Shown: in pieces, positions 37,517 through 47,042 of the stretch
How the letters are laid out: every line of letters starts with the position of its first letter
Numbering within the stretch: the first letter of the stretch is position 1
Assembly (NCBI GenBank): GCA_028817035.1
Contig: JAPPQH010000015.1
Coordinates: 1,895 to 65,894 of the forward strand
Direction: 5' to 3'
DNA: 64,000 nt
Source of the DNA: Candidatus Campbellbacteria bacterium
Lineage (GTDB): Bacteria; Patescibacteriota; Minisyncoccia; Phycocordibacterales; JABAAK01
Program-made: the position numbers and the translations under genes
The notes under the pieces: generated by a model
What the model saw: only the letters and a program-made list of their open reading frames with translations
The model's database searches: none
Told to the model about the DNA's origin: nothing

Positions 37517-39505
37517 ATGCAAAAAACCACTGCATTATTACTTGTCGCTTTTTTATTATTAGCCCAACCATCTATTTCAGTTCAAGCACAAGTACCAATC
37601 GTCCCATCCCAAACACAGACACCAGTTGTCCCAATCCAAGAGACACAAGTTGTTGAACCCCAAACATGGGCACCAGTCGTTCCAGCACAAACTCAGCAAG
37701 AGAAACAATCCGCTGATGATAAAGAAGATGAAATACCAGTCATCCAAAAAGAATGGACTGATGATGAACTTGTTAATGAAGCACCGATATATAGAACAAA
37801 CGATAGAGAAGATTATGAGGAAACATTAAGTTTAGAAAGAGAAGAAGAAGATGAACGAAGGAGAGAGGAAGAAGAATATGAAAAGTGGAGAGAAGAAAGA
37901 GATAGAGAAGAGGAAAACGATGGCTCAGTTGAGTTGACCATTAAGGATGCAGAAAAGATTTTCAAATCACTTTCTGTGGAAGAAAAGCATAGTGGAAAAA
38001 TAGAGGCCATAGAAAAAATTGTTCAAAAAATAGTTGATAAAACTCATGCCAGAGAAAGCAAGGATGTTGTTATCGTGTACAACGAGCCAAAGGATATAAT
38101 ACGACAAATTGAAGAGATGCTTAGTGAAGAAATACTGGAGAATATAGAAAGAGTGATTTTTGAATGGCAAACAAAAACCATCGGCAGAGGACATATTGAA
38201 ATTGGTCGAGATGCTTTTATATTAACTAAATACTATAGAAATGGAAAAAAGATGTCAGAAAAACACTATGGTTATCTAGACCAAGTGCCTTGTCCATGGA
38301 GAGAATGGTATGAGGACGGTCAAATATCTAATGAAATGCTTTGTTTTCCGAAAAAAATTCAGAAAGTGTATTTTAAGAATGGAGAATTGCAAATTAAGAG
38401 AACGCTTATTGAAGGCAAATTTAAGGAGGAGTGGTGGTATGAGAATGGGCAAATAAAAGAAAGGTTTGATGGTGAGTTGAGAGAGGAGTGGTGGAGGTCT
38501 AGACCTATAACAACACGGGTTGAAAGAAATCTGAAGTTAGAGCGGTGGTATAAAGACGGACAATTGGCAAGAAAAACTGAAAACGGTGTCACCAAAAGAT
38601 GGTATCAAAATGGACAACTAATGTCGGTGGGAGAAGAGGTTGAAAACGAAGTTACTCAATGGTTTGAAAAACCCAAATATACCGAGTGGTATGAAAATGG
38701 TTCTATTCATATAATAAAAAATGGTGGTATAACCAAATCATGGTATCCTAATGGTGAAAAAAAAGTTGATAAAGTTTCTGATGAAAAAAAATCAAGATAT
38801 GAGTCGTGGTGGGAAAATGGAAATAAAAAAGAAGAATCAATTGAGAAGATTGCACCAGATGGAAGGTGGCATGATAATCTTAAATGGTGGTGGGAAAATG
38901 GAAATTTAAGAACATCAGAATTTAGAATAGACAACGAAACATCTCGAATCAAAGAATGGCGTCAAGATGGAACTCCAAAATATGAGGCAGATTGGGAAAA
39001 AGGTTTTACAAAGATATGGTATGAAAAAGGACAAAAATCATCAGAGACACAATTTCTTGCCATAAAAAAGCCATCAGGGATATTAGATAAAGAAAATTTA
39101 AAAATTATTATGGCAATGTATTGGTATAAGAATGGCAAGAAATTGGCTGAATTTAAAGATGGAAAATTGCAAGTTTGGAATATGTTGGGAATAATTATGA
39201 ATGGACTCCAGGCCAAGAGGCGCTTTTGTGAAAAAGATGCTCATTGGGTTGAGAGATATGGGTATTATGAATGTGATGGATGGGGAGGTCCAGATAATCT
39301 TAGTTGTGAACAAATCAATGGCAAAGTTATCGGCTACCATAATGGTTGCCGTTGCAGAGGTGAAGACTGCCTCGGTAAAACATGCCAAGCAGCAGTAGTA
39401 TATTCCTGCCAAGTGCAGAAAATTGAGCAACCTAAAAAGATTTTGATGATACATAAATTGAGAAACACAAACCCTTTAACTACATCACTGCCTACAACAT
39501 TTTAG
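37517..39505 (+). CDS. secreted MORN-variant (YwqK-like) repeat protein with Cys-rich C-terminus
   Basis: signal peptide; more than 10 WY/WWxNG repeats; multiple C-terminal Cys. Confidence 0.75.
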   Translation: MQKTTALLLVAFLLLAQPSISVQAQVPIVPSQTQTPVVPIQETQVVEPQTWAPVVPAQTQQEKQSADDKEDEIPVIQKEWTDDELVNEAPIYRTNDREDYEETLSLEREEEDERRREEEEYEKWREERDREEENDGSVELTIKDAEKIFKSLSVEEKHSGKIEAIEKIVQKIVDKTHARESKDVVIVYNEPKDIIRQIEEMLSEEILENIERVIFEWQTKTIGRGHIEIGRDAFILTKYYRNGKKMSEKHYGYLDQVPCPWREWYEDGQISNEMLCFPKKIQKVYFKNGELQIKRTLIEGKFKEEWWYENGQIKERFDGELREEWWRSRPITTRVERNLKLERWYKDGQLARKTENGVTKRWYQNGQLMSVGEEVENEVTQWFEKPKYTEWYENGSIHIIKNGGITKSWYPNGEKKVDKVSDEKKSRYESWWENGNKKEESIEKIAPDGRWHDNLKWWWENGNLRTSEFRIDNETSRIKEWRQDGTPKYEADWEKGFTKIWYEKGQKSSETQFLAIKKPSGILDKENLKIIMAMYWYKNGKKLAEFKDGKLQVWNMLGIIMNGLQAKRRFCEKDAHWVERYGYYECDGWGGPDNLSCEQINGKVIGYHNGCRCRGEDCLGKTCQAAVVYSCQVQKIEQPKKILMIHKLRNTNPLTTSLPTTF

Positions 39506-39538
39506 AAATACATTAACAAATTGTGTAGTATAGAATAT

Positions 39539-40537
39539 ATGGCTATCTCACTGAAAGAAATAAATGCATTCAAGACAGAAGAAACAACACAGGAAATTAT
39601 AGAAATAAGCACTGAAAATGAATTAAAGGACGCCGTAACAAAACACCCAGACCACATAGTTTTGGGAAAGGGAACAAATACACTTTTTGTAAAAAACATA
39701 TTCATCCCTGTTTTAATAAACGAGTTTAAGGGAATAAAGATACAGGAAGAAGACAAAGAATCAATAACATATATCATCGGAGGAGGGGAAATATGGACAG
39801 ATGTTGTAGACAAAATGTGTGAGAAAAATCTTTGGGGATTGGAATATTTATCAGGAATACCAGGAAGTGCAGGCGCAGGAGTTGTAAAAAACATAGGGGC
39901 ATATGGATCAGAACTCTCTGACATATGTAAAGCAGTAAATGTATATGATAAAGAAAAACAAGCATTCAGAGAAATAAAATCAAAAGATTGTAAATTTGGC
40001 TACAGAACCAGCATATTTGAGAAGATGCCAAACCAATACATCATAACAGATATTGTAATTACGATACAGAAACAAAACAAAAACGCAGAACAACAATTCC
40101 TCATCAACACGAGAAACAGAGGTGTGGGTACTCCAAAAGCATATACGCCAATAGAAATATCAAAAGAGATAACAAAAACAAGAAACAGAAAACTTCCATC
40201 CCCAGAAACAAGTCCAAACGCAGGAAGTTTTTTCAAAAATCCGATACTGAACGAAAAAGAGTCAGAAAATATATTACAAAAACATAAAAAATTAAAACAC
40301 TGGAAAACAGACGAGGGAACAAAATTTTCTGCAGGGGAGTTGATAGAATTGTGTGGAATGAAGGGCTATAAAGAAAAAACAGGAGCAGGAATATCAGAAA
40401 AACACGCATTAGTAATAATAAATAATGGAACAAAAAGGGGAAATGACATTTACTCCCTATCACAAAAAATACAAAAAGAAGTAAGCAAAAAATTTAAAAT
40501 AAACCTTGAGCCAGAAGTATCAATACACAAAGGTTGA
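39539..40537 (+). CDS. murB: UDP-N-acetylmuramate dehydrogenase
   Basis: GIPGSAG...NIGAYG, FGYRTS, NAGSFFKNP, LEPEV. Confidence 0.93.
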   Translation: MAISLKEINAFKTEETTQEIIEISTENELKDAVTKHPDHIVLGKGTNTLFVKNIFIPVLINEFKGIKIQEEDKESITYIIGGGEIWTDVVDKMCEKNLWGLEYLSGIPGSAGAGVVKNIGAYGSELSDICKAVNVYDKEKQAFREIKSKDCKFGYRTSIFEKMPNQYIITDIVITIQKQNKNAEQQFLINTRNRGVGTPKAYTPIEISKEITKTRNRKLPSPETSPNAGSFFKNPILNEKESENILQKHKKLKHWKTDEGTKFSAGELIELCGMKGYKEKTGAGISEKHALVIINNGTKRGNDIYSLSQKIQKEVSKKFKINLEPEVSIHKG

Positions 40538-40591
40538 TATTCCCCCAGTTTTTGTGTATAATTTATGTGTAAATAATGATGTGAATATATT

Positions 40592-40756
40592 ATGGAAAAT
40601 TCAAACAAAAAATTAAATTACAATGCGACAAATAAGGTAGCAGACAATCAAACAAACACATTAACGCAAGAACAAATAAACGAAGTAATTAAATTTACTG
40701 CGGATTTTACTGTGAAAAAATATGGACACATCATTGAACGACTCTCAAAAGAATAA
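40592..40756 (+). CDS. putative 54-aa antitoxin for Doc (not in the ORF track)
   Basis: MENSNKK...FTVKKYGHIIERLSKE overlaps the doc start; C-terminal helix resembles Doc-binding antitoxin tails. Confidence 0.6.
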   Translation: MENSNKKLNYNATNKVADNQTNTLTQEQINEVIKFTADFTVKKYGHIIERLSKE

Positions 40757-41204
40757 TATCAAGTTTCTTACAGAAAAAATTTTATTGGGTTTGTATGAAG
40801 CAGAATATGAAAAGGAGTATCTAACCTCCATATTCGGTGAATTTTTGCCAACTGAAAAAGAAAAATGGGTAAAAGAAATGGCTTCTATAATGTCAACCGT
40901 AGAAACAAGAAGCAATTTTTGCAATATGTCTTTAGATGAGGCAGTCGCTCGTGTCATGTTTTGCATAATAAAAGGACACAAACTTGTTGATGGAAACAAG
41001 CGATCTTCCATTTTGTGCATGGTGGGTCTGTATGCCCTAAACTTATATGTTTCAGATAAAGGTGTCGGCAACAAAGAGAGATTTACATTTGATCCAGAAT
41101 CCTTGTATCACAAGGTCAAGGAAATCGCTGCGCTTGACTCCCAAACAATAGATGACGAAAAAGTTATAGTTGATTTAACCGAGTTTCTAAAAACAAAAAA
41201 ATAG
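40722..41204 (+). CDS. doc: Fic/Doc family toxin
   Basis: GHKLVDGNKRSS fits the Doc-type HxFxDGNKR motif. Confidence 0.8.
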   Translation: MDTSLNDSQKNNIKFLTEKILLGLYEAEYEKEYLTSIFGEFLPTEKEKWVKEMASIMSTVETRSNFCNMSLDEAVARVMFCIIKGHKLVDGNKRSSILCMVGLYALNLYVSDKGVGNKERFTFDPESLYHKVKEIAALDSQTIDDEKVIVDLTEFLKTKK

Positions 41205-41269
41205 GGACTTGTAATTTTAGGAAATCTTTGATATCATTTCCCTATTGTATCTAATATAAAAACTAATAT

Positions 41270-42034
41270 ATGGACAGTAATTTTGCCTATAAAATTAATA
41301 ACTTCATATTTACCCCCTGGTATGCTTTTTCTGCTTTTATATATAAGCGTTTTTCAAAAATTATATTAATTCTTTCTTTTCTGTCTTTCTTTTACCTTTT
41401 ATTTACAGGTCATTTTATAGAAATAGTTCTAGTACTGGTTAGCTCAATTCTTGTAGCACCATTACTTACTTTTTTATTAACAGAAACTTTTAATTTTATT
41501 ATTTTTACAAAAGAAGAAAGAAAATGTATGAAAGACTTTCAAAAAACATTTGCCAAATCAAATGTTACAGAACATTATAGCGGTTTTGCGCCAACTATTC
41601 CAACAGAAGCAGACGAGAAACTTTCTAGATTTCCAAAATATAAAATTTCACTTGTCGCAACAAGTGGCATACTCATTTCTTTGGTGGTTGTTTTGATTTT
41701 ATATACCGGATTATTGGGTTATTTTTCTAACACCAGTTTTTATAATGGGATAAATGTAATGCAATTGAACTATGCATTAATTTTTGTATTATATTTGTCA
41801 GTTGATTATCAAAGATTACTGTTAGAAATTTTTTATTCACATCTGCCCCATCTTTATCCCAATACAAGGTTTCTATTTCCTTTTAAAATAATTTTAATAT
41901 TGTTCTTGTGTGTAGTAATTTTTTTGGGTATAAGTTTATCATACACATCGTTTCTTTTGGGTGGTTCATTATTAATTTTAATGTTCTCTTTGACAATGTT
42001 TTTTAGCGATACTTCTTATATCGCAAAGTTATAA
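41270..42034 (+). CDS. hypothetical polytopic membrane protein
   Basis: about 6 hydrophobic segments; AT-rich. Confidence 0.7.
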   Translation: MDSNFAYKINNFIFTPWYAFSAFIYKRFSKIILILSFLSFFYLLFTGHFIEIVLVLVSSILVAPLLTFLLTETFNFIIFTKEERKCMKDFQKTFAKSNVTEHYSGFAPTIPTEADEKLSRFPKYKISLVATSGILISLVVVLILYTGLLGYFSNTSFYNGINVMQLNYALIFVLYLSVDYQRLLLEIFYSHLPHLYPNTRFLFPFKIILILFLCVVIFLGISLSYTSFLLGGSLLILMFSLTMFFSDTSYIAKL

Positions 42035-42076
42035 AGAAGCCAAATTGACCTTTTGCAATAACAAAAACACCAACCC

Positions 42077-42115
42077 AAAATAGCACAGTTGCAATTTTTG
42101 GCGTGGTTTGGTATC
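42077..42115 (+). promoter_or_regulatory. promoter copy, 38/39 identical to the rpsN promoter at 44703-44741
   Basis: TTGCAA-17-TATCAT. Confidence 0.75.
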
Positions 42116-42148
42116 ATTTTTATCGCATTTGATACAGGCTAAAAACCT

Positions 42149-42394
42149 ATGGACAACAATCTCAACACAAAAGAAGAAATAATGGAAGAACTTGAAAAAC
42201 AGGGCGGAGAAATGAAAATAGGAATTAATAATAGTGAAAAGGAATCTATGGATAAATTTAGGGGGTTGCTTGATGAGTTAAACGATAAAATAACATATGA
42301 TGAAGGACCTTATATGCATATAGGTATTGGTAATGTGAATGACCCAGAACGATTTCCAGCCATTACTGAATTTTTTATCAGAAGGATAAAATAA
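42149..42394 (+). CDS. small hypothetical protein
   Basis: 81-aa ORF after the duplicated promoter. Confidence 0.65.
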   Translation: MDNNLNTKEEIMEELEKQGGEMKIGINNSEKESMDKFRGLLDELNDKITYDEGPYMHIGIGNVNDPERFPAITEFFIRRIK

Positions 42395-42427
42395 AAATAT
42401 GGACCTTTGTTTTGAGATATTGATTAT

Positions 42428-43552
42428 ATGAAAAGAAAAATTTTAGACTCAATTTGTGTTATTAATGAAATATTAGAGAAAAATCCTTTTAAACCAGAAA
42501 GTTCGTCGGGAAGTTGGAAACACAACACCACAGAAATAAATAAAGAAATTAAAAGATTAGGACTTGAAAATAATATTATTTTTGAAAAAAATACTTTCAC
42601 CATAAGAAATTTACACTTTAAAAGGGGAGGAGTACTTGCATTTAATAATAGTTATTTAATATCAATTCACTTTGAAAATAATATATTTGAGTGTGAGAAG
42701 GATGGTGCGGGTGTCAATATATCAGCAACTAATGCTCAAATTACATTTAAGAATAATTCTTTTAAAGAAAAGTTTCTTGAATTATTTATAGCTTCTATGG
42801 GTTGGCGAATTTCTTTTGTGAATAATTCTTTTAATAACTCATCATGTGGTATATTGACTGATCCATCTTTTTCTTCCAATGAAAAAAAACAAATTGGAAA
42901 TATAAAAATTGACTCAATAGTTTTGAAGCATAATAAATTTGAAAGCTTTGATTTATATGCAGGTAGTGGAAAAATAATTAAAGAAGTTATAGGCAGAAAA
43001 AATACCTTCCATGATTTTGGTATAGACGATGTTTCTAAAATAGATTACATATCTTTTTCCACAGATAATAAATTTATCCTAGAAGGTAAAAGGGAATTAG
43101 AGATTGACAGACTAAGAAGGACATTCGCAAAACTGAAATCAAAAAGTATAGAATCCAATTTTACGATAGAGGCTAATGACTTTAATGCCATAGAACTGGA
43201 TATTTATAGAAGAAATCCTAACCGTATAAAATTTGGAGATAAATTTTTATTATATATAGAGAAACATGTGAGCAACTTTAAAACTTCTTGGATTTCAGCA
43301 ATGGTATGGCTTCTAATAGTTAATACTGTAATTTATATTATATTAATAATACTTTTGGGGGAGTTTCATATAAATCTTAATTTATGGTTTACGTCACTAG
43401 ATCCACTTGTAAATTTAAATAGTTATCTAAAAGAAAAGGGCTATGAGCATTTTAATCGTGATTATATTTCCCATATTGACTTTATTAGAAGGATATTCAT
43501 TTTATTCTTTGCATACGAAATAATAAAATCCTTTAGAAAGTTTTCTAGATAA
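42428..43552 (+). CDS. hypothetical protein: FxNNxF beta-solenoid-like repeats plus C-terminal TM region
   Basis: FEKNTF, FENNIF, FKNNSF, FVNNSF repeats; hydrophobic C-terminus. Confidence 0.7.
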   Translation: MKRKILDSICVINEILEKNPFKPESSSGSWKHNTTEINKEIKRLGLENNIIFEKNTFTIRNLHFKRGGVLAFNNSYLISIHFENNIFECEKDGAGVNISATNAQITFKNNSFKEKFLELFIASMGWRISFVNNSFNNSSCGILTDPSFSSNEKKQIGNIKIDSIVLKHNKFESFDLYAGSGKIIKEVIGRKNTFHDFGIDDVSKIDYISFSTDNKFILEGKRELEIDRLRRTFAKLKSKSIESNFTIEANDFNAIELDIYRRNPNRIKFGDKFLLYIEKHVSNFKTSWISAMVWLLIVNTVIYIILIILLGEFHINLNLWFTSLDPLVNLNSYLKEKGYEHFNRDYISHIDFIRRIFILFFAYEIIKSFRKFSR

Positions 43553-43633
43553 TTTGATATAATTAACCCATTGTGTAATAAAAACCAATTATATGAACCT
43601 TAAGAAAATCTTACAAAACACAAAACCGACATA

Positions 43634-44014
43634 TCAAACCTGTCTTTCGTGGTTTGGGTCTATGTGGGTTACCATACAAAATTGCTCACATTGGATGCCA
43701 AATACCCTAAAGTTTTGGTTTATCCTAAAATGAAAGGGTCTGCCCAATTCTCTATCTTCTGCACTGTCTATCGCATTACGAATTTCACTTTTCATATGGC
43801 CCTTATCAATAGTTATGCCCCCATGCGCCCTATCCTTTGCCGCCCATTGTTTCCATGTTTGTCCATTTATTTCCTCCAACTTCTTAAAAATGAGTTTTAA
43901 ATTGATGACAAGCTGTTTTTTATTGGTTTTATCATTTGCCTTAAAATATCTGAAACTAAACACAACCTTATCCTCGGTGTGACTAGGCAATACCTTACTA
44001 CCAAAATCACCCAT
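43634..44014 (-). CDS. putative RelE-like toxin of a Panacea TA pair
   Basis: VFSFRYF...FHFRINQNFRVFG...IDPNH; 3 nt downstream of the antitoxin. Confidence 0.6.
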   Translation of the reverse strand: MGDFGSKVLPSHTEDKVVFSFRYFKANDKTNKKQLVINLKLIFKKLEEINGQTWKQWAAKDRAHGGITIDKGHMKSEIRNAIDSAEDRELGRPFHFRINQNFRVFGIQCEQFCMVTHIDPNHERQV

Positions 44015-44017
44015 ACC

Positions 44018-44488
44018 CTACTCTATACTAAACACATCTCTATAATAATTTTTTATAGACTCATTTGATATTGGAATATGTTTCTTTCCTTCTTCATAGA
44101 CATCCTTCCATGGCTTGTGCTTGTGTGTTATATCAACAAGTTCTCTTGCAGAATATTTATCAAATATTTCTAAAGTTTTTTCCACTACCCATATAGTTTC
44201 TTCATTAAACTTATCAACATCACATTTTTCATTTGGTATCACACCTGCACCATTACTTTTGTATTCTTCGTAAACACTGTCTACGGCAGGTCCGTGCTTC
44301 CATGCCTCTATTGTTTCAGAAAATAGTGGTTTGTCATATCTTACTAATGATATAGCCTGAGCAAAGTATAGAAACTTAAGCAGTTTCATATTTGTTATAT
44401 CGTTTAAATCTTGGTCTTTCTCATAAGATTTACAAATAAACAACCTTGCTATATCAACTGCACTTGCTTTGTTAGAAAGTGTGTCCAT
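44018..44488 (-). CDS. Panacea (DUF4065/SocA) antitoxin
   Basis: ITNMKLLKFLYFAQ, EAWKHGPA, LVDITH..PW. Confidence 0.9.
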   Translation of the reverse strand: MDTLSNKASAVDIARLFICKSYEKDQDLNDITNMKLLKFLYFAQAISLVRYDKPLFSETIEAWKHGPAVDSVYEEYKSNGAGVIPNEKCDVDKFNEETIWVVEKTLEIFDKYSARELVDITHKHKPWKDVYEEGKKHIPISNESIKNYYRDVFSIE

Positions 44489-44841
44489 ATTTATTAAATT
44501 ATTATACACCAAAAGAGCAATAATCGCCAACAATCGTCATACAAACAGAGGGTATAAATATGTAGGGGAATAAGTAAAAATTGGGTTAATTTTTGATATT
44601 CTCTTTGATTTTACTGTGAAAAAATATGGACACATCATTGAACGACTCTCAAAAGAATAATATATAGCCTATTAGGGCAGAAAAATAAAAGAGGAAGGCT
44701 GAAAAATAGCACGGTTGCAATTTTTGGCGTGGTTTGGTATCCTTTAACCTATTGACTTGTCAATCTATGGGATGCTCCCTGTATTCTGATATAGAGAAGA
44801 TTTCATACGATATTGCTTGTCATAATAAAAATCGCGAGAGT

Positions 44842-45111
44842 ATGGCGAGAAAATCACTTATAACAAGAAACGAAAAAAGAATAAAGTTGGCGAAAAAATA
44901 CGAGAAAAAGCGCAAAGCATTAAAGGCGGCTAATGATTACATTGGTCTACAAAAACTTCCAAAAAATGCTTCGCCTGTTCGTATTCGTAATCGTTGTTTC
45001 ATAACCGGCAGGTCGCGGGGTTATCTTCGTGCTTTTGGAATTTCAAGGATATGTTTTCGCGAGGAAGCACGCAAGGGTAATCTCCCAGGAGTAAGAAAAT
45101 CATCATGGTAG
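44842..45111 (+). CDS. rpsN: 30S ribosomal protein S14, 89-aa non-zinc-ribbon type
   Basis: [22 protein letters not shown]...LPGVRKSSW. Confidence 0.95.
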   Translation: MARKSLITRNEKRIKLAKKYEKKRKALKAANDYIGLQKLPKNASPVRIRNRCFITGRSRGYLRAFGISRICFREEARKGNLPGVRKSSW

Positions 45112-45497
45112 TTGATAAAGTTTCAGATTTAATAATCAGCATAAAGAACGCTGGGATGGTGAATAAAGATAATGTTGAGATTCAGTATTCAAAGTTCAAG
45201 CATCAGATAGCAAAGAAGTTGCATTCTTGCGGTTTTTTGGATTCTGTTGAGCACAAGTCAAAACCAAAGAGTAGGCTGATTATAAAATTGAGATACAACA
45301 AAAACGGACAGCACTGCATACATGATGTAAAAAGAATATCTCGCCCTTCTCATCGCGTGTATGGTGGGTCTAAAAAAATATTGCCTATAAAAACAGGTCG
45401 TGGCGTTACGCTTCTCTCTACTCCTAAGGGCATCCTCACAGACAGGGAGGCGAGGCGTGAGAATGTGGGTGGAGAGTTGCTTTTCTCAATCTGGTAA
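45105..45497 (+). CDS. rpsH: 30S ribosomal protein S8
   Basis: [19 protein letters not shown]. Confidence 0.96.
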   Translation: MVVDKVSDLIISIKNAGMVNKDNVEIQYSKFKHQIAKKLHSCGFLDSVEHKSKPKSRLIIKLRYNKNGQHCIHDVKRISRPSHRVYGGSKKILPIKTGRGVTLLSTPKGILTDREARRENVGGELLFSIW

Positions 45498-45508
45498 TAA
45501 AATTCATT

Positions 45509-46048
45509 ATGTCTCGTTTATCAAAAAAACCAACATCGCTACCACAAGGAGTATCAGCAGAATACAAGGATTTTACCTTGTCCGTAAAGGGTCCTAAGGG
45601 TGAGTTAAAAAGGCAATTCAAGGACAACGCAGATATTAAAATTGAGAATAATGAGGTATCGGTTTCAATCAAGACGAACTCTCCCAGAGTTTCCAGCGTG
45701 ATGTCGGGCACTCTTGTGTCGCATATCCGCAATATGATCAAAGGGGTGACGGATGGTTTCTCAAAAAGATTGGTGATTGAAGGCGTGGGTTACAAAGCGG
45801 AAGCTCAGGGGGATAAACTAAAACTAATAGTTGGCTTGTCACATCCTGTTATGGTTTCCATACCGTCAGGGATAAAAGTTTCTATTGAGAAAAATGTAAT
45901 TATTGTTGAAGGGATGGACAAGGAGATGGTTGGTCAGTTTGCTGCGGATGTATGTGCGGTAAAAAAAGTAGAACCATACAAAGGATACGGCATAAGATAC
46001 GAAGGTGCTTTTGTAAGGCGTAAACAGGGTAAGCGTGCTACAGCATAA
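45509..46048 (+). CDS. rplF: 50S ribosomal protein L6
   Basis: KGPKGEL, EPYKGYGIRY. Confidence 0.97.
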   Translation: MSRLSKKPTSLPQGVSAEYKDFTLSVKGPKGELKRQFKDNADIKIENNEVSVSIKTNSPRVSSVMSGTLVSHIRNMIKGVTDGFSKRLVIEGVGYKAEAQGDKLKLIVGLSHPVMVSIPSGIKVSIEKNVIIVEGMDKEMVGQFAADVCAVKKVEPYKGYGIRYEGAFVRRKQGKRATA

Positions 46049-46058
46049 AGATAAGATT

Positions 46059-46409
46059 ATGAAAACACAAAAGAATGACAAAAAAATAAGAAGAGAAAGA
46101 CGGCATAAAAAAATAAGGAGCAGAATTTTTGGCACAGCAGAGTGTCCGCGACTTTCTTTTTCAAGAACAAACAAGCATATATATCTCCAAATAATTGATG
46201 ATGAAAAGGGTAACACCCTTGCATACACTTCTTCACACTATTCTGATGCTTCCAAAAAAGAAAAGGCAGCACAGATGGGGGAGAATATCGCCCGTCTTGC
46301 AAAGGAAAAGAAGATAGAAAAGGTCGTTTTTGATAGGAGCGGTTTTTTGTATGCGGGATTGGTAAAGATAGTTGCTGATTCTGCGAGGGCTGCGGGACTT
46401 AAATTTTAA
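46059..46409 (+). CDS. rplR: 50S ribosomal protein L18
   Basis: VVFDRSGFLY, ARAAGLKF. Confidence 0.96.
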   Translation: MKTQKNDKKIRRERRHKKIRSRIFGTAECPRLSFSRTNKHIYLQIIDDEKGNTLAYTSSHYSDASKKEKAAQMGENIARLAKEKKIEKVVFDRSGFLYAGLVKIVADSARAAGLKF

Positions 46410-46412
46410 TAT

Positions 46413-47039
46413 ATGACAGACGAGAAAAAACAACAAAAAAATACCAAAAAGGAAGAGGTAAAGAAAGCAAAACCTGCTGTCGCTTCTAAGAATGCGCCAA
46501 GGGACAAAAAGCAGAACAACCAAAGGAACAACAACAAAAAACCACAATCACGGGGTTCTTCTGGAAGACCTCAAAACAAAAGACAGAGAAAATCACGGGC
46601 TAACAAGTCTGAGGCGAAGGAGTTTGATCAAAAGATACTTTCAATAAGAAGGGTATCCCGAGTTGTTGCTGGCGGTCGCCGTTTCTCACTTTCTGTTGCG
46701 GTGGCGATAGGCAACCGCCGTGGCAAAGTTGGAATTGGAAAGGGAAAAGCGACAGACACAGTTCAAGCGATAGAAAAAGCAGCGGCACAAGCGAAAAAGA
46801 ATTTAATAAATGTCCCTCTCACCGAAACGCTTAGTATCCCTCATCAAGTGTCGGCAAAATACTGTGCTTCTGAGGTTATGCTTCGTCCTTCAAAATCATT
46901 CATAGCAGGTGGTGCAGTTAGACAGATAGCAGATCTTGCTGGGATAAGAAATATAAACGCAAAAATAAAAACACGCTCAAAAAATCATATCAACAACGCA
47001 AAGGCGACCGTAAAGGCGTTGAGTAAATTGATAACTTAA
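46413..47039 (+). CDS. rpsE: 30S ribosomal protein S5 with basic N-terminal extension
   Basis: RVSRVVAGGRRFS. Confidence 0.96.
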   Translation: MTDEKKQQKNTKKEEVKKAKPAVASKNAPRDKKQNNQRNNNKKPQSRGSSGRPQNKRQRKSRANKSEAKEFDQKILSIRRVSRVVAGGRRFSLSVAVAIGNRRGKVGIGKGKATDTVQAIEKAAAQAKKNLINVPLTETLSIPHQVSAKYCASEVMLRPSKSFIAGGAVRQIADLAGIRNINAKIKTRSKNHINNAKATVKALSKLIT

Positions 47040-47042
47040 AAT

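Larger units (their letters stand above)
40703..44663 (+). repeat. 57-bp perfect direct repeat (40703-40759 and 44607-44663)
   Basis: GATTTTACTGTGAAAAAATATGGACACATCATTGAACGACTCTCAAAAGAATAATAT occurs twice. Confidence 0.9.

Noticed and set aside
44790-44840. Zur box upstream of the zinc-independent rpsN
   Set aside because: No convincing palindrome matching known Zur consensus sequences
37496-44841. Prophage or classical integron
   Set aside because: No integrase, structural genes or attC-like sites seen
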